A DNA stretch of 37,105 bases from a virus (lineage: Duplodnaviria; Caudoviricetes). This document shows, in pieces, positions 25,459 to 34,193 of the stretch. Each line of letters starts with the position of its first letter. Position 1 is the first letter of the stretch. Position numbers and translations under genes: made by a program. The notes under the pieces were generated by a model. It did not search any database, was not told the origin of the DNA, and saw nothing but the letters and a program-made list of their open reading frames with translations. The stretch covers positions 1 to 37,105 of the IMG/VR virus record IMGVR_UViG_3300036846_001604; one strand, given 5' to 3'.

Positions 25459-25835
25459 CCTTCCTCCAGAAAAAATTGATGGGAACAATTTTAACTATGT
25501 AGTTCTTCGGATTGAGTCTCACTGCCATTCTGGCAAGCTTTATCTCTTGTTGCATTTCCGGCCGGAACGATTAGGAGCCTAATTACTGCTGGTGGCTCTT
25601 TGCAACACTAACTGCAAACCATTTGCATCAAGTCACATTTTATTTGTCTTTACCACTGCGATCCCTTTTGCGGGAAAGGAAGTCGATCACGTTATCTGAA
25701 TCAGGCTCATCTTCTTCCTCTTCCTTTAAGCGCTCGTACTTCCTTGATACAAGATAGATTCTCGGTGGCCCCTGTGATGTTTTGCTTGCAACAGGGGCGG
25801 TAAACGGTTCGTCACGTAACCTCAATTTTGGGACG

Positions 25836-26192
25836 CTAACTTGCCTTTCTTTTTCTAGCCGCTGCTTTTGCAAGGGTATAGCGCGCAACATCGCGCGCGT
25901 CCTCGTCACCTTCGCGATATTCAGCAAGCATCTCAGCTTCATCGGCGTTGTTTACTGTTCCGTATGGTGATTCTTTGTTATTCAATCTGATACCAGTAAC
26001 AACATAGTAAACATCCATTCCTAATTCATTCCATACAGCAAGAACCTCCGCGTCAGGGCTTCTAACGCCATTCTCATAATTGTACAGGGTTTTCCTGGTT
26101 ATAGAGGCCGTTGTTGCTAGTTCATCCTGCGATAAACCAAGACGCTCACGTTCTTCACGAAGCCGATCTCCAATGTGTATTTTTTTACTCAT
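25836..26192 (-). CDS. Immunity repressor, XRE-family HTH
   Basis: IGDRLREERERLGLSQDELA...TLYNYENG.RSP, DVYYVVTG; divergent from early operon. Confidence 0.9.
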   Translation of the reverse strand: MSKKIHIGDRLREERERLGLSQDELATTASITRKTLYNYENGVRSPDAEVLAVWNELGMDVYYVVTGIRLNNKESPYGTVNNADEAEMLAEYREGDEDARDVARYTLAKAAARKRKAS

Positions 26193-26222
26193 ATAAATTG
26201 ACTTTGGGAAAATTTTTACCCA
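26174..26222. promoter_or_regulatory. Two 18-bp palindromic operator candidates (26174-26191, 26205-26222)
   Basis: TGTGTATTTTTTTACTCA and TGGGAAAATTTTTACCCA; third copy at 26438-26455. Confidence 0.65.
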
Positions 26223-26226
26223 TCAT
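26198..26226 (+). promoter_or_regulatory. Predicted early promoter (TTGACT-17 bp-CATCAT)
   Basis: sigma70-like hexamers with an operator palindrome in the spacer, upstream of early operon. Confidence 0.6.
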
Positions 26227-26283
26227 GTAAACATACCGTTTAAACGAAACGCTTAAACACCATCACCGGAGGATATATACAAA

Positions 26284-26487
26284 ATGAATAAAAATCTAAC
26301 TCCCAGTCCAGAGTTGCTAACAAAAGTACGCGCAGCCCTCATGCTCAACGGCACATCTCTTCACAAGTGGTGTAAGGAAAACGGGGTTGGGTACGCCAAT
26401 GCTCGACAAGCATTAATTGGTGCTTGGGATGGTCCTATGGGTAAAAAATTACGCAATGAGTTAATCAAAAAAGCCGGACTGGAATAA
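26284..26487 (+). CDS. Ner/Cro-like small DNA-binding protein
   Basis: 67 aa, G.SL..WC..NGV HTH pattern; first early gene; SD GGAGG. Confidence 0.78.
   Translation: MNKNLTPSPELLTKVRAALMLNGTSLHKWCKENGVGYANARQALIGAWDGPMGKKLRNELIKKAGLE
26438..26455. promoter_or_regulatory. Third operator candidate inside the Ner-like gene
   Basis: TGGGTAAAAAATTACGCA matches the two intergenic palindromes. Confidence 0.55.
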
Positions 26488-26489
26488 TC

Positions 26490-26795
26490 ATGAATAAAAA
26501 CGTCAATACATCATTACGTCGGGGGTTACGAATCCTGAAAGCACTGAAAGGAAAGTCCCTGTTCGGCCTGACTAACAAAGAGCTAGCAAAGACACTGGGT
26601 GAATCAGAAGCCAACATTAGCCGCGCCATGGATGCGCTTATTGAAGAAGGTATGGCGCAACGCCTTGAATCAGGACGCTACGTACCAGGCATGCAACTTC
26701 TCTATATCGCACAGGCTTTTTCTAACGAGATGGCCGCAGGTCAGGCCCGTATCGCCGAACTCAACCAGCGCGTACTGGCTGGCAGTCACAACTAA
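26490..26795 (+). CDS. IclR-type winged HTH protein
   Basis: SLRRGLRILKAL...GLTNKELA..LGES.ANISR....L..EG. Confidence 0.8.
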   Translation: MNKNVNTSLRRGLRILKALKGKSLFGLTNKELAKTLGESEANISRAMDALIEEGMAQRLESGRYVPGMQLLYIAQAFSNEMAAGQARIAELNQRVLAGSHN

Positions 26796-26807
26796 CGGAG
26801 GCAACAG

Positions 26808-27743
26808 ATGGCACGCAAACCTACAAATCTTCAGGTTATTGATCCTATTGACGGTGTAGTTCCCGACAATCTGAGCGTAGAACTCAACGAAATCTCGCAA
26901 CACCGAGTGGCAATCATGGAGCAGTTCGGCGACGGACTTCCTTATGAACGCAACCGTATCATAAACGAAACTAAGTTCTATATGGCACAAAGTACAGAGG
27001 CCATGCTGGAAGTTGGTAAACGCCTGACCATCCTTAAAGAATGCGAACCCCATGGAGAGTTTGAAAATATTGTTCGTAACAGCCTTGGCATTCCAGAGCG
27101 CACTGCACAAAGAATTATGCAAGCGTCAATAAAATTCCTCTCTCCAACGCTTGAAGCAAAAGCGCCAGCGCTGGCGCTTTTGGGAAAAACCAAACTCTTC
27201 GAACTCATGACCGAAGATGACGAAAAATTAGCCGAACTCGCCGAAGGCGGCACCGTTGCAGGTATGACTTTAGATGATATCGATCGCATGACCACTCGTG
27301 AACTGCGTAAGGCCCTGCGCGAGTCCAAAGAAGATCTCGCTGCCAGCCGTAAGCTGAACGCCGAGAAGAGTCAGGAAATCAACGAATTAAAAGAAACCCA
27401 ATTCCGTACCGTTGACCCTGACGGCGTCATTCAGAAGTGGATACATGACTTCGGCGAAGAGCACGAAAAATTTCTGCGTACCTTTATCAGCACAGTGCCT
27501 TTCTTTTTCCAGAAACTTGAGGACGACTACAACACGCGTGGCGTCAGCCATATGGGCCTGATGGCCGGACTTCTCCACGATATTGAACGTGAGATTGCCA
27601 GCGTGCGGGCGCAGTTCGACATCCCTGAATTTGCTGAGCCAGATACCTCATGGAACGACGGCCCCAGCGAGGAAGACGAGAACTTTGAGATGCCGGAACT
27701 GAAAACCACCACTCGCTCACTGGAGGTCAGTGATGACGACTAA
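26808..27743 (+). CDS. DUF3102-like early protein
   Basis: LEVGKRL..LKE..PHGEF, RTAQR.M, LDDIDRMT.RELR. Confidence 0.8.
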   Translation: MARKPTNLQVIDPIDGVVPDNLSVELNEISQHRVAIMEQFGDGLPYERNRIINETKFYMAQSTEAMLEVGKRLTILKECEPHGEFENIVRNSLGIPERTAQRIMQASIKFLSPTLEAKAPALALLGKTKLFELMTEDDEKLAELAEGGTVAGMTLDDIDRMTTRELRKALRESKEDLAASRKLNAEKSQEINELKETQFRTVDPDGVIQKWIHDFGEEHEKFLRTFISTVPFFFQKLEDDYNTRGVSHMGLMAGLLHDIEREIASVRAQFDIPEFAEPDTSWNDGPSEEDENFEMPELKTTTRSLEVSDDD

Positions 27744-27966
27744 TCACTTTGATCTGCCTGCAGACCTGGATGCGCCGGGATACAACCAACTGATGCGCTT
27801 TACCGACGGCGTGCTGACCCTGCAACACCAGATTAAGCGCGCTGACGATTTCGCACAGGACGGCCAGTGGCTGATGGCGCTGGAGTTTCTGGACGTCAGT
27901 ACACGCACCCTCAACATACTGAAGCGCGTGGCGCGGGAAGTTCCGCCGCAGGAGACACAGCCATGA
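27733..27966 (+). CDS. Small helical protein, paralog 1 of 3
   Basis: SD GGAGG 27722-27726; shares Q-x3-F-x7-Q-x9-A-x4-W pattern with next two ORFs. Confidence 0.75.
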   Translation: MTTNHFDLPADLDAPGYNQLMRFTDGVLTLQHQIKRADDFAQDGQWLMALEFLDVSTRTLNILKRVAREVPPQETQP

Positions 27967-28190
27967 CCGACACTGCCATCATTAAGCCAGAACGCACCCT
28001 GGAAGAGTGGGTGCAGCGTCAGCAGTTTCTGTCTGCCATAGAAAGCGCGCAGAACTGGCTTGCCATGTTGCAATACCACGCTGTGCGCTACAACTGGTCT
28101 GAAACGGGGGTTCTGCTGGCGCTGGCCGACAACATCTGCCGCGACCTGCGTAACACCGCGCCAACTGTCAACAAGGAGAAGCAATCATGA
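27963..28190 (+). CDS. Small helical protein, paralog 2 of 3
   Basis: Start moved to ATG 27963 (SD AGGAG, ATGA overlap); 75 aa. Confidence 0.8.
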   Translation: MTDTAIIKPERTLEEWVQRQQFLSAIESAQNWLAMLQYHAVRYNWSETGVLLALADNICRDLRNTAPTVNKEKQS

Positions 28191-28417
28191 TTAATGAACC
28201 TGTAATCAAACTCCGCCGCACTCCGGCACAGCAGGCGCAGCGTGACGAGTTTCTGGAAGCAGCCACATTAGCCCAAAACTGGCTTAACAGCATCATCTGG
28301 AATGCCGAGAAGGACGAGTGGGCAGAGGTGGAATACATGCTCAAATTTGTAGGCAGAACCACCGAAATGATGAACGAAAAGTTACCCACAGACCGCGCCG
28401 AACCACGGGGTAAATGA
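28187..28417 (+). CDS. Small helical protein, paralog 3 of 3
   Basis: SD AAGGAG, ATGA overlaps on both sides; AQNWL shared with paralog 2. Confidence 0.8.
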   Translation: MINEPVIKLRRTPAQQAQRDEFLEAATLAQNWLNSIIWNAEKDEWAEVEYMLKFVGRTTEMMNEKLPTDRAEPRGK

Positions 28418-30228
28418 CCATGAGCGCCATCCAGAACGAAACACTGGTTGATATCGCCAGAGCGGCGCGGATGGCACCCCACGGTCAGAAGGGGGCCATC
28501 TACGACGCCGCCTGTCAGAAATACGGTATCAGCAGACAAACGCTACTGCGAAAGCTGGGTGAAGCGGCGGGCAAAAAGCCCCGCAAGACCCGCAGCGATA
28601 AAGGGAGAACCTGTATCACCATGACCGACATGAAATACATCGCAGGCTCCATTATTCAGGCCACGCGCCAGAATAACAAGCGCAACCTCAGCATCTCACA
28701 GGCGGCTGAAGAACTGCGTGATGCGGGAATGGTGGTGGCGTCACGTCTGGATAAAGAGACCGGAGAACTGATACCGGCTCACCCTGACACCGTCAGGCGC
28801 GCACTGAGCCGGGCGCAGATGCACCCGAACCAGTTAAAACAGCCTGCACCGTCCGTGCAGCTGCGCAGTAAACACGCCAACCATGTATGGGAAATGGACG
28901 CCTCCATGTGTGTGCTGTACTACCTGAAAAAGCCGAAGAAATCGAAAGCACGGCAGGCGGCACCGACCAATCTGTACATGATGTACGAGGATGAGTTCAA
29001 CAAGAACAAGCCCCGGAACGCCGAGCGCGTCACCGATTACCGCGTCTGGTCATTTGAAATCACCGACCACAACAGCGGCTGGATCTACGTGGAATACCGC
29101 TTCGGCGGCGAGAAAGCCGAACACTACGCCGACGTGCTGATTAACGCCATGCAGGAACGCGGCGGTGCTGACGTGATGCACGGTGTGCCGGAAGTGTTGT
29201 TTACCGACCCCGGCTCGGCACTGATAGCGACCTCGTTCGGCAATATGTGCCGGGCGCTGGGTATCCGCATGATTCAGCACAAGGCCCGCAACGCCCGCGC
29301 CACTGGCTCGGTGGAAAAGGCGCGCGACATTATCGAACGCCGTTTTGAGTCGTTACTGAGCTTTGAAGGGGTTGCTGACCTTGACGATCTGAACGCCCGC
29401 GCCCGCGTCTGGCGTATGAAGTTCAACCGTACCGCCATACACAGCCGCCACAAGAAGACCCGCACAGACCGCTGGCTGGAAAGCGTATCCGGGCATCTGG
29501 TAAAAGCGCCATCCGTCGCGCTGTGCCGTGAAGCGGCCATGCATGCACCAGAGACCCGCAGGGTAAACAGCGATATGCATATCAGCTTTAACGGCAGGCA
29601 GTTCAATGTGTCCCGCCTGGTGGCAATGGATCTGGTCTGTATCGGTGACTCCATCAGGGTGACGCGCAACCTGTTTAACCCGGACGCTGTTTACATCGTC
29701 ACTGAAGGCGAGGACGGCTGGGACAAGTTCTATGAATGCCCGGTTGCCGACTACATCGAAGGCGACTTCTTCCGCACGGATTCCTGTGTGATTGGTGAGG
29801 AGTACCGCGCCCTGCCAGAGACGAAGGCGCAGAAGAACCTCAAAGAGGTTGAGATGTTGATAGCCAACTCCGACACACCGGTTAAACCAGAGGATATCCG
29901 CAAATCGAAGACGCTGCCGTTTGGCGGCAGGTTCAAACCGCTGACAGCACTCGATAACGAGTACCACCCTGATTACATACCGGTTAAGGGCGAGGACTCC
30001 CCACTGACACGCCGCCAGCTGGATATTCCGCCGATGAGCCACGTCAAAGCGTCGATGGCACTACGCACCCGGTTTGAGGCGCTGCGGCGCGAGTGGAACC
30101 CCACCCACTATCAGTACCTGGTGGATCATTACCCCGATGGCATCCCTGAAGAACAACTGGACGCCATCATGCAGGAACTGTTGACCATGAGCGACAGCGT
30201 CGTGGTCAGCCTGGCGGCAGGCAAATAG
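28414..30228 (+). CDS. DDE transposase (MuA functional analogue, BcepMu/B3 type)
   Basis: N-terminal HTH and RK.RSDKG; catalytic WEMDAS / LFTDPGS / GSVE; C-terminal beta-barrel. Confidence 0.95.
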   Translation: MTMSAIQNETLVDIARAARMAPHGQKGAIYDAACQKYGISRQTLLRKLGEAAGKKPRKTRSDKGRTCITMTDMKYIAGSIIQATRQNNKRNLSISQAAEELRDAGMVVASRLDKETGELIPAHPDTVRRALSRAQMHPNQLKQPAPSVQLRSKHANHVWEMDASMCVLYYLKKPKKSKARQAAPTNLYMMYEDEFNKNKPRNAERVTDYRVWSFEITDHNSGWIYVEYRFGGEKAEHYADVLINAMQERGGADVMHGVPEVLFTDPGSALIATSFGNMCRALGIRMIQHKARNARATGSVEKARDIIERRFESLLSFEGVADLDDLNARARVWRMKFNRTAIHSRHKKTRTDRWLESVSGHLVKAPSVALCREAAMHAPETRRVNSDMHISFNGRQFNVSRLVAMDLVCIGDSIRVTRNLFNPDAVYIVTEGEDGWDKFYECPVADYIEGDFFRTDSCVIGEEYRALPETKAQKNLKEVEMLIANSDTPVKPEDIRKSKTLPFGGRFKPLTALDNEYHPDYIPVKGEDSPLTRRQLDIPPMSHVKASMALRTRFEALRREWNPTHYQYLVDHYPDGIPEEQLDAIMQELLTMSDSVVVSLAAGK

Positions 30229-30261
30229 CCTTCCTTTATATGCATAAGAGGAGAATCACCT

Positions 30262-30507
30262 ATGACACAGCAGACCCAACCCCTCGCTATCGCCGTTAAA
30301 CGCGCTGTACGCCATGACCTGACGGTGCGTTTCCGGGAGAAGAACTACAACCTGCGCGGCATCCCGAACCTTGTCAGCGGCATGACCGTTACCATCACGC
30401 ATTACGGTTGGTATCCGCATGACAGTCTGATAGTAAATTTCGTCAACAACGCGGGTGTATCAAGTGACTGGCTGGTCGGATGCGCCGACATGGCGACCGC
30501 AGCCTGA
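30262..30507 (+). CDS. Small protein resembling the transposase C-terminal beta-barrel
   Basis: SD GAGGAG; aligns by eye with transposase residues encoded at about 29551-29700. Confidence 0.75.
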   Translation: MTQQTQPLAIAVKRAVRHDLTVRFREKNYNLRGIPNLVSGMTVTITHYGWYPHDSLIVNFVNNAGVSSDWLVGCADMATAA

Positions 30508-30519
30508 GAGGACTTAACG

Positions 30520-31707
30520 ATGTTGCTACTGAAACAACAACTGAGACACCTGCACATCAGCCTGGCGGAAGCTGCCAGCGCTACAGGGGTATCAAAGCCT
30601 GCGATAGTGGATCTGATAAACCACGGGCGGTGGCCGCGTCGTAACCCCGAACAACTCAGGAAGCGGATCGCTGAACTGCTTGCGCTTCACAACGTGGACA
30701 CCACCCACAGTTTTGATGAGGTCAGGCCGCAGGCAACAGCCATTACTCAGGTACAACAAACAACTGGAGAGGACAGCATGTTACTCAAAAAACAGACGTT
30801 AAGCCAGAAGGCGAAAAAAGCATTTAAGTTATTCACCAACCCGTTTGACGACACTGCCGTCCAGAGCGCCGCCGATATGTTTGTGACGCCGGATATACGC
30901 TATGTACGCGAGGTGATGTTCCAGACGGCCACACACGGCGGCATGCTGGCACTGTGGGGGGAATCCGGCTCCGGCAAGTCCACCCTGCGCCGTGACCTGA
31001 TTGAACGCCTGCACCGTGAAAGTAGCGGCACGGTAGTTATCGAACCCTACGTACTGGCGATGGAAGACAACGATCGCACCGGCAAAACCCTGAAATCTGC
31101 CAGTATCGCCGAGGCCATTCTGCGCGCGGTCGCACCGGGAGAACGCCCGAAGCAATCGCCTGAAGCCCGGTTTGCACAGGTACACGCGGCCCTCAAAGCC
31201 AGCTATGACAGTTCTCAGTGCGGTCATGTGCTGATTATTGAAGAAGCGCACTCACTGCCGGTGCCAACCCTGAAGCACCTCAAGCGCTTTCTGGAGCTGG
31301 AACATGGCTTTAAGCGCCTGCTTTCCATCGTCCTGATTGGTCAGCAGGAGCTGCGCGACAAACTCAGTGAGCGCAATGCCTCGGTGCGCGAGGTCGTCCA
31401 GCGCTGCGAGATGATCCACCTGACGGCGCTGGATAATGACCTTGAAGCCTTTCTGGCGTTTAAGTTCGAACGGGCGGGCTGCGATGTTAACGGGGTTATC
31501 GACGAAAGCGGCATGCAGATGATTCGCCAGAAGATGACCGTCAAAGTCGGCAGAAACCCGAAAACCGGCAGCGATATTACCGCCAGCAACCTGTATCCGC
31601 TGGCTATCGGCAACCTGATGATTGCAGCCATGAATGAGGCCGCAGAGCTGGGTGTGCCGGTGGTTAACGGAGAAATTATTAAAAACCTCAATACACACAT
31701 CCGCTAA
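30520..31707 (+). CDS. MuB-like / ExeA-family AAA ATPase with N-terminal HTH
   Basis: GESGSGKS Walker A, LIIEEAH Walker B, VLIGQ.EL, REVVQRC; downstream of transposase. Confidence 0.93.
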   Translation: MLLLKQQLRHLHISLAEAASATGVSKPAIVDLINHGRWPRRNPEQLRKRIAELLALHNVDTTHSFDEVRPQATAITQVQQTTGEDSMLLKKQTLSQKAKKAFKLFTNPFDDTAVQSAADMFVTPDIRYVREVMFQTATHGGMLALWGESGSGKSTLRRDLIERLHRESSGTVVIEPYVLAMEDNDRTGKTLKSASIAEAILRAVAPGERPKQSPEARFAQVHAALKASYDSSQCGHVLIIEEAHSLPVPTLKHLKRFLELEHGFKRLLSIVLIGQQELRDKLSERNASVREVVQRCEMIHLTALDNDLEAFLAFKFERAGCDVNGVIDESGMQMIRQKMTVKVGRNPKTGSDITASNLYPLAIGNLMIAAMNEAAELGVPVVNGEIIKNLNTHIR

Positions 31708-31716
31708 GGGGAAAAT

Positions 31717-32094
31717 ATGTCAGATGTAAAACGCTATGAAATCACCTGGAATGCGCACGAGGATGCACCGGTATTAACCGTGGAGATCGACCACTCCATT
31801 TGTACCGATGCATTACTGCACCAGATTAATAACTTCTTTATTAACGCAGAAGACCGTTATCTGAACAGTGACTGCGACATTACCACCACAGTATTAAAAA
31901 TGCTGGCAGCAGCCTGCTTTACCGAACAGACCGGCCCGACTGGTGACTGGAATGCACAGGGACTTATTGCCCTGTTTGAAGACGGTAATATGGAAGGCTG
32001 GCCACCAATGGACGGCAGTGAAGGTATTAAAATCCTGGGCTGTGATTCTCCTGGCGTATGTTACGACGACATGGAAGTTGAAGAGGTATCGTGA
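31717..32094 (+). CDS. DUF2528-like early protein
   Basis: VEIDH, INNF, EGWPPMDGS.GI motifs. Confidence 0.72.
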   Translation: MSDVKRYEITWNAHEDAPVLTVEIDHSICTDALLHQINNFFINAEDRYLNSDCDITTTVLKMLAAACFTEQTGPTGDWNAQGLIALFEDGNMEGWPPMDGSEGIKILGCDSPGVCYDDMEVEEVS

Positions 32095-32381
32095 TGCGCA
32101 GCCGCTTAATTATTTCCTGCGACAACAAACGTATTCAGGAGCAGATGGCACAGGTCGGTACTGCCATCGCGCAACTTACCGCGATGGGTTTTACCGCAGA
32201 CCGTGTGGAAATGGACGGCTATCAGCGGCCCGATATTCGGGTGCATTACGACAACCGCTGCCGTCAGGAACAGGAACGGGGTAAAGCCGTTCGCTATGGC
32301 ACCGGCAATGATGACCGGGGTAATTATGAGTGGTGGCAGATTCAGGTGAATAACTGCCGCGTAACGTGGGAGGTTCGATAA
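32091..32381 (+). CDS. Hypothetical early protein
   Basis: 96 aa, overlapping start/stop with neighbours; CRVTWE C-terminus. Confidence 0.72.
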   Translation: MMRSRLIISCDNKRIQEQMAQVGTAIAQLTAMGFTADRVEMDGYQRPDIRVHYDNRCRQEQERGKAVRYGTGNDDRGNYEWWQIQVNNCRVTWEVR

Positions 32382-32620
32382 TGAGCGATACAGTAAAAGT
32401 TGTTATCCAGGCAGAAGCCACCGCCAGATTCAGTAAAATAGTGGAGATGGAAAAGGCGGATTACGATAAATACCTGCAGATTTGCGAGGAATGGTCATCT
32501 GCCCGTGAAGTTGACGAACAGATAAAAGAAATCGCCTTTAAATATGATTTTTATGGTGACGGCGAAGATATTGAAGATATTAATGAACCCGAAAACATAG
32601 AGTTCGAATTAATTAAATAA
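32381..32620 (+). CDS. Hypothetical acidic early protein
   Basis: SD GGAGG, TAATG overlap; start moved to 32381. Confidence 0.72.
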   Translation: MSDTVKVVIQAEATARFSKIVEMEKADYDKYLQICEEWSSAREVDEQIKEIAFKYDFYGDGEDIEDINEPENIEFELIK

Positions 32621-32642
32621 CCCCACTTAAAGGTAATTAAAA

Positions 32643-33164
32643 ATGACAAAGAAAGCTTCGCGGCTTAAAGCTGCGGCGGCATCCTACACGCCGCAATCCA
32701 GAGAACAGGTCAGCGTTGATATTAAAAAAATTGGCGACATTCAGCGGGAATTAACCCGTATTGAGACGGATGCTAATGACCAGATAGCAATCATCATGAA
32801 CCAGAACACCCCGAAGATTGAGGCGCTGCGGGCCGAGCTGGATGTTCTGCAGAAAGGCGTTCAGACGTGGTGCGAGGCCAATCGCAGCAGCATCACCAAG
32901 GGAGACTCCAAAACCGCTAACCTGATTACCGGTGAAGTGGCATGGCGAAAAAAACCGGACTCCGTCAACCTCAAAGGTGTTGAAATTGTTATTGAGACAT
33001 TGAAGAAATTAAAACTCGACCGCTTTATTCGTCGTAAGGAGGAAGTTAATAAGGACGCTATTCTGGCCGACAGAGAAGCCGTGAAGGGGATTACCGGCAT
33101 CTCTATTGCCTCCGGTAAAGAGACGTTTTCAATTACGCCATTTGAACAGGAAATTGAGAAATGA
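32643..33164 (+). CDS. gam: Host-nuclease inhibitor Gam (Mu Gam family)
   Basis: PQSRE, GVQTWCEANR, KTANLITGEVAWR, FIR.KEEVNK.AIL, F.ITPFEQE. Confidence 0.95.
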   Translation: MTKKASRLKAAAASYTPQSREQVSVDIKKIGDIQRELTRIETDANDQIAIIMNQNTPKIEALRAELDVLQKGVQTWCEANRSSITKGDSKTANLITGEVAWRKKPDSVNLKGVEIVIETLKKLKLDRFIRRKEEVNKDAILADREAVKGITGISIASGKETFSITPFEQEIEK

Positions 33165-33349
33165 AATTCGACATTATTCAACACCTGCGCAAAAAGGCGG
33201 AGAAAGACATTAACCGCGCCATGCGCGCTGCTGAGTCCGGCAACGACCTTGAAGCAGCAAAGTTATTCATGCGCGCAGGCGGGACACTGATAACACTGGG
33301 ACGCGGACTGGAGACAGAAATCAATGGCGACAAAACAGAAATACACTAA
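33161..33349 (+). CDS. Hypothetical small helical protein
   Basis: 62 aa, ATGA overlap with gam. Confidence 0.7.
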   Translation: MKFDIIQHLRKKAEKDINRAMRAAESGNDLEAAKLFMRAGGTLITLGRGLETEINGDKTEIH

Positions 33350-33554
33350 TCGCGCGAAAGCAACCATCTGGAATAAAAGCATGCGTATGGAAACGGAAGG
33401 CTCAATACCCGGCGTGGCCATCATGTTGTTCGAGATGATTAACACCATTGAGGATAAAGAACAGGCACTGGCACAAATGCATCAACGCCTTGATGAATGC
33501 AAAGAACGGGAGGCCGCCAATGCTGACGTGCAAACACTGCAGAAAGGAGACTGA
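33324..33554 (+). CDS. Hypothetical protein
   Basis: 76 aa, SD GGAG, in operon. Confidence 0.65.
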   Translation: MATKQKYTNRAKATIWNKSMRMETEGSIPGVAIMLFEMINTIEDKEQALAQMHQRLDECKEREAANADVQTLQKGD

Positions 33555-33717
33555 ATACCTCGATCCGGTTCAGGCCAACATTATGCAGTCTCCTGTCGAT
33601 GATGCCTGGGTTATTGATCTGATACTGGCCTGCCCGCACTGCGGGCAGAAATTAAACGCCTTCCCGGCAGTAATGGACTTTAAACTACTGGAACCACCAG
33701 ATGAAAACGATGATTAA
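33520..33717 (+). CDS. Small zinc-ribbon protein
   Basis: CKHC...CPHC; SD GGAGG 33509-33513; start moved to ATG 33520; 65 aa. Confidence 0.75.
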   Translation: MLTCKHCRKETEYLDPVQANIMQSPVDDAWVIDLILACPHCGQKLNAFPAVMDFKLLEPPDENDD

Positions 33718-33901
33718 TTTTTCACGCATTAAATCTCGTCTGCTCTTTGAATGGCAGGCAACTAAAAAAGCCAGCCGTGACGCATTGCCGGAGATGATTA
33801 AAACATTAACCAATGGCCTCACGTTTCTCATATACGCCTTTTTTATTAGCGCCGGATTAGTACTGGGCTTTTTCTTCATCATATCTTTAATGCAGAGGTA
33901 A
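33701..33901 (+). CDS. Small membrane protein
   Basis: C-terminal hydrophobic segment; in operon. Confidence 0.65.
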   Translation: MKTMINFSRIKSRLLFEWQATKKASRDALPEMIKTLTNGLTFLIYAFFISAGLVLGFFFIISLMQR

Positions 33902-33903
33902 TT

Positions 33904-34182
33904 ATGCCGTCACTTAAAGGTTGTGTAACCGATACATCAAATAGCATCAAACTTACCGACAAAGAAAAACTGGAAAACACCATTCAGGACATGCTGAAGG
34001 GGTTTAATTACTACACCAGCAGCGTGATGACGGTTATTGGTAAAACCAAAAAACAGGTTATTACGTTGACCATTCATAGCCGGAATAACTATGAAAATGA
34101 GTTCAACCAGGATTTTGACTGTATTGAGAGTAATGATATTTGCCTGTCTACAGATGGTTCTGATGCACCACCCAGAGAATAA
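33904..34182 (+). CDS. Hypothetical protein
   Basis: 92 aa, SD GAGG, in operon. Confidence 0.65.
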   Translation: MPSLKGCVTDTSNSIKLTDKEKLENTIQDMLKGFNYYTSSVMTVIGKTKKQVITLTIHSRNNYENEFNQDFDCIESNDICLSTDGSDAPPRE

Positions 34183-34193
34183 GGGAATAATTT

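Noticed and set aside
32626-32641. CTTAAAGGTAATTAAA resembling the late-promoter palindrome upstream of gam
   Set aside because: Several mismatches and no -10-like hexamer 22 bp away in either direction; overlaps the gam RBS.
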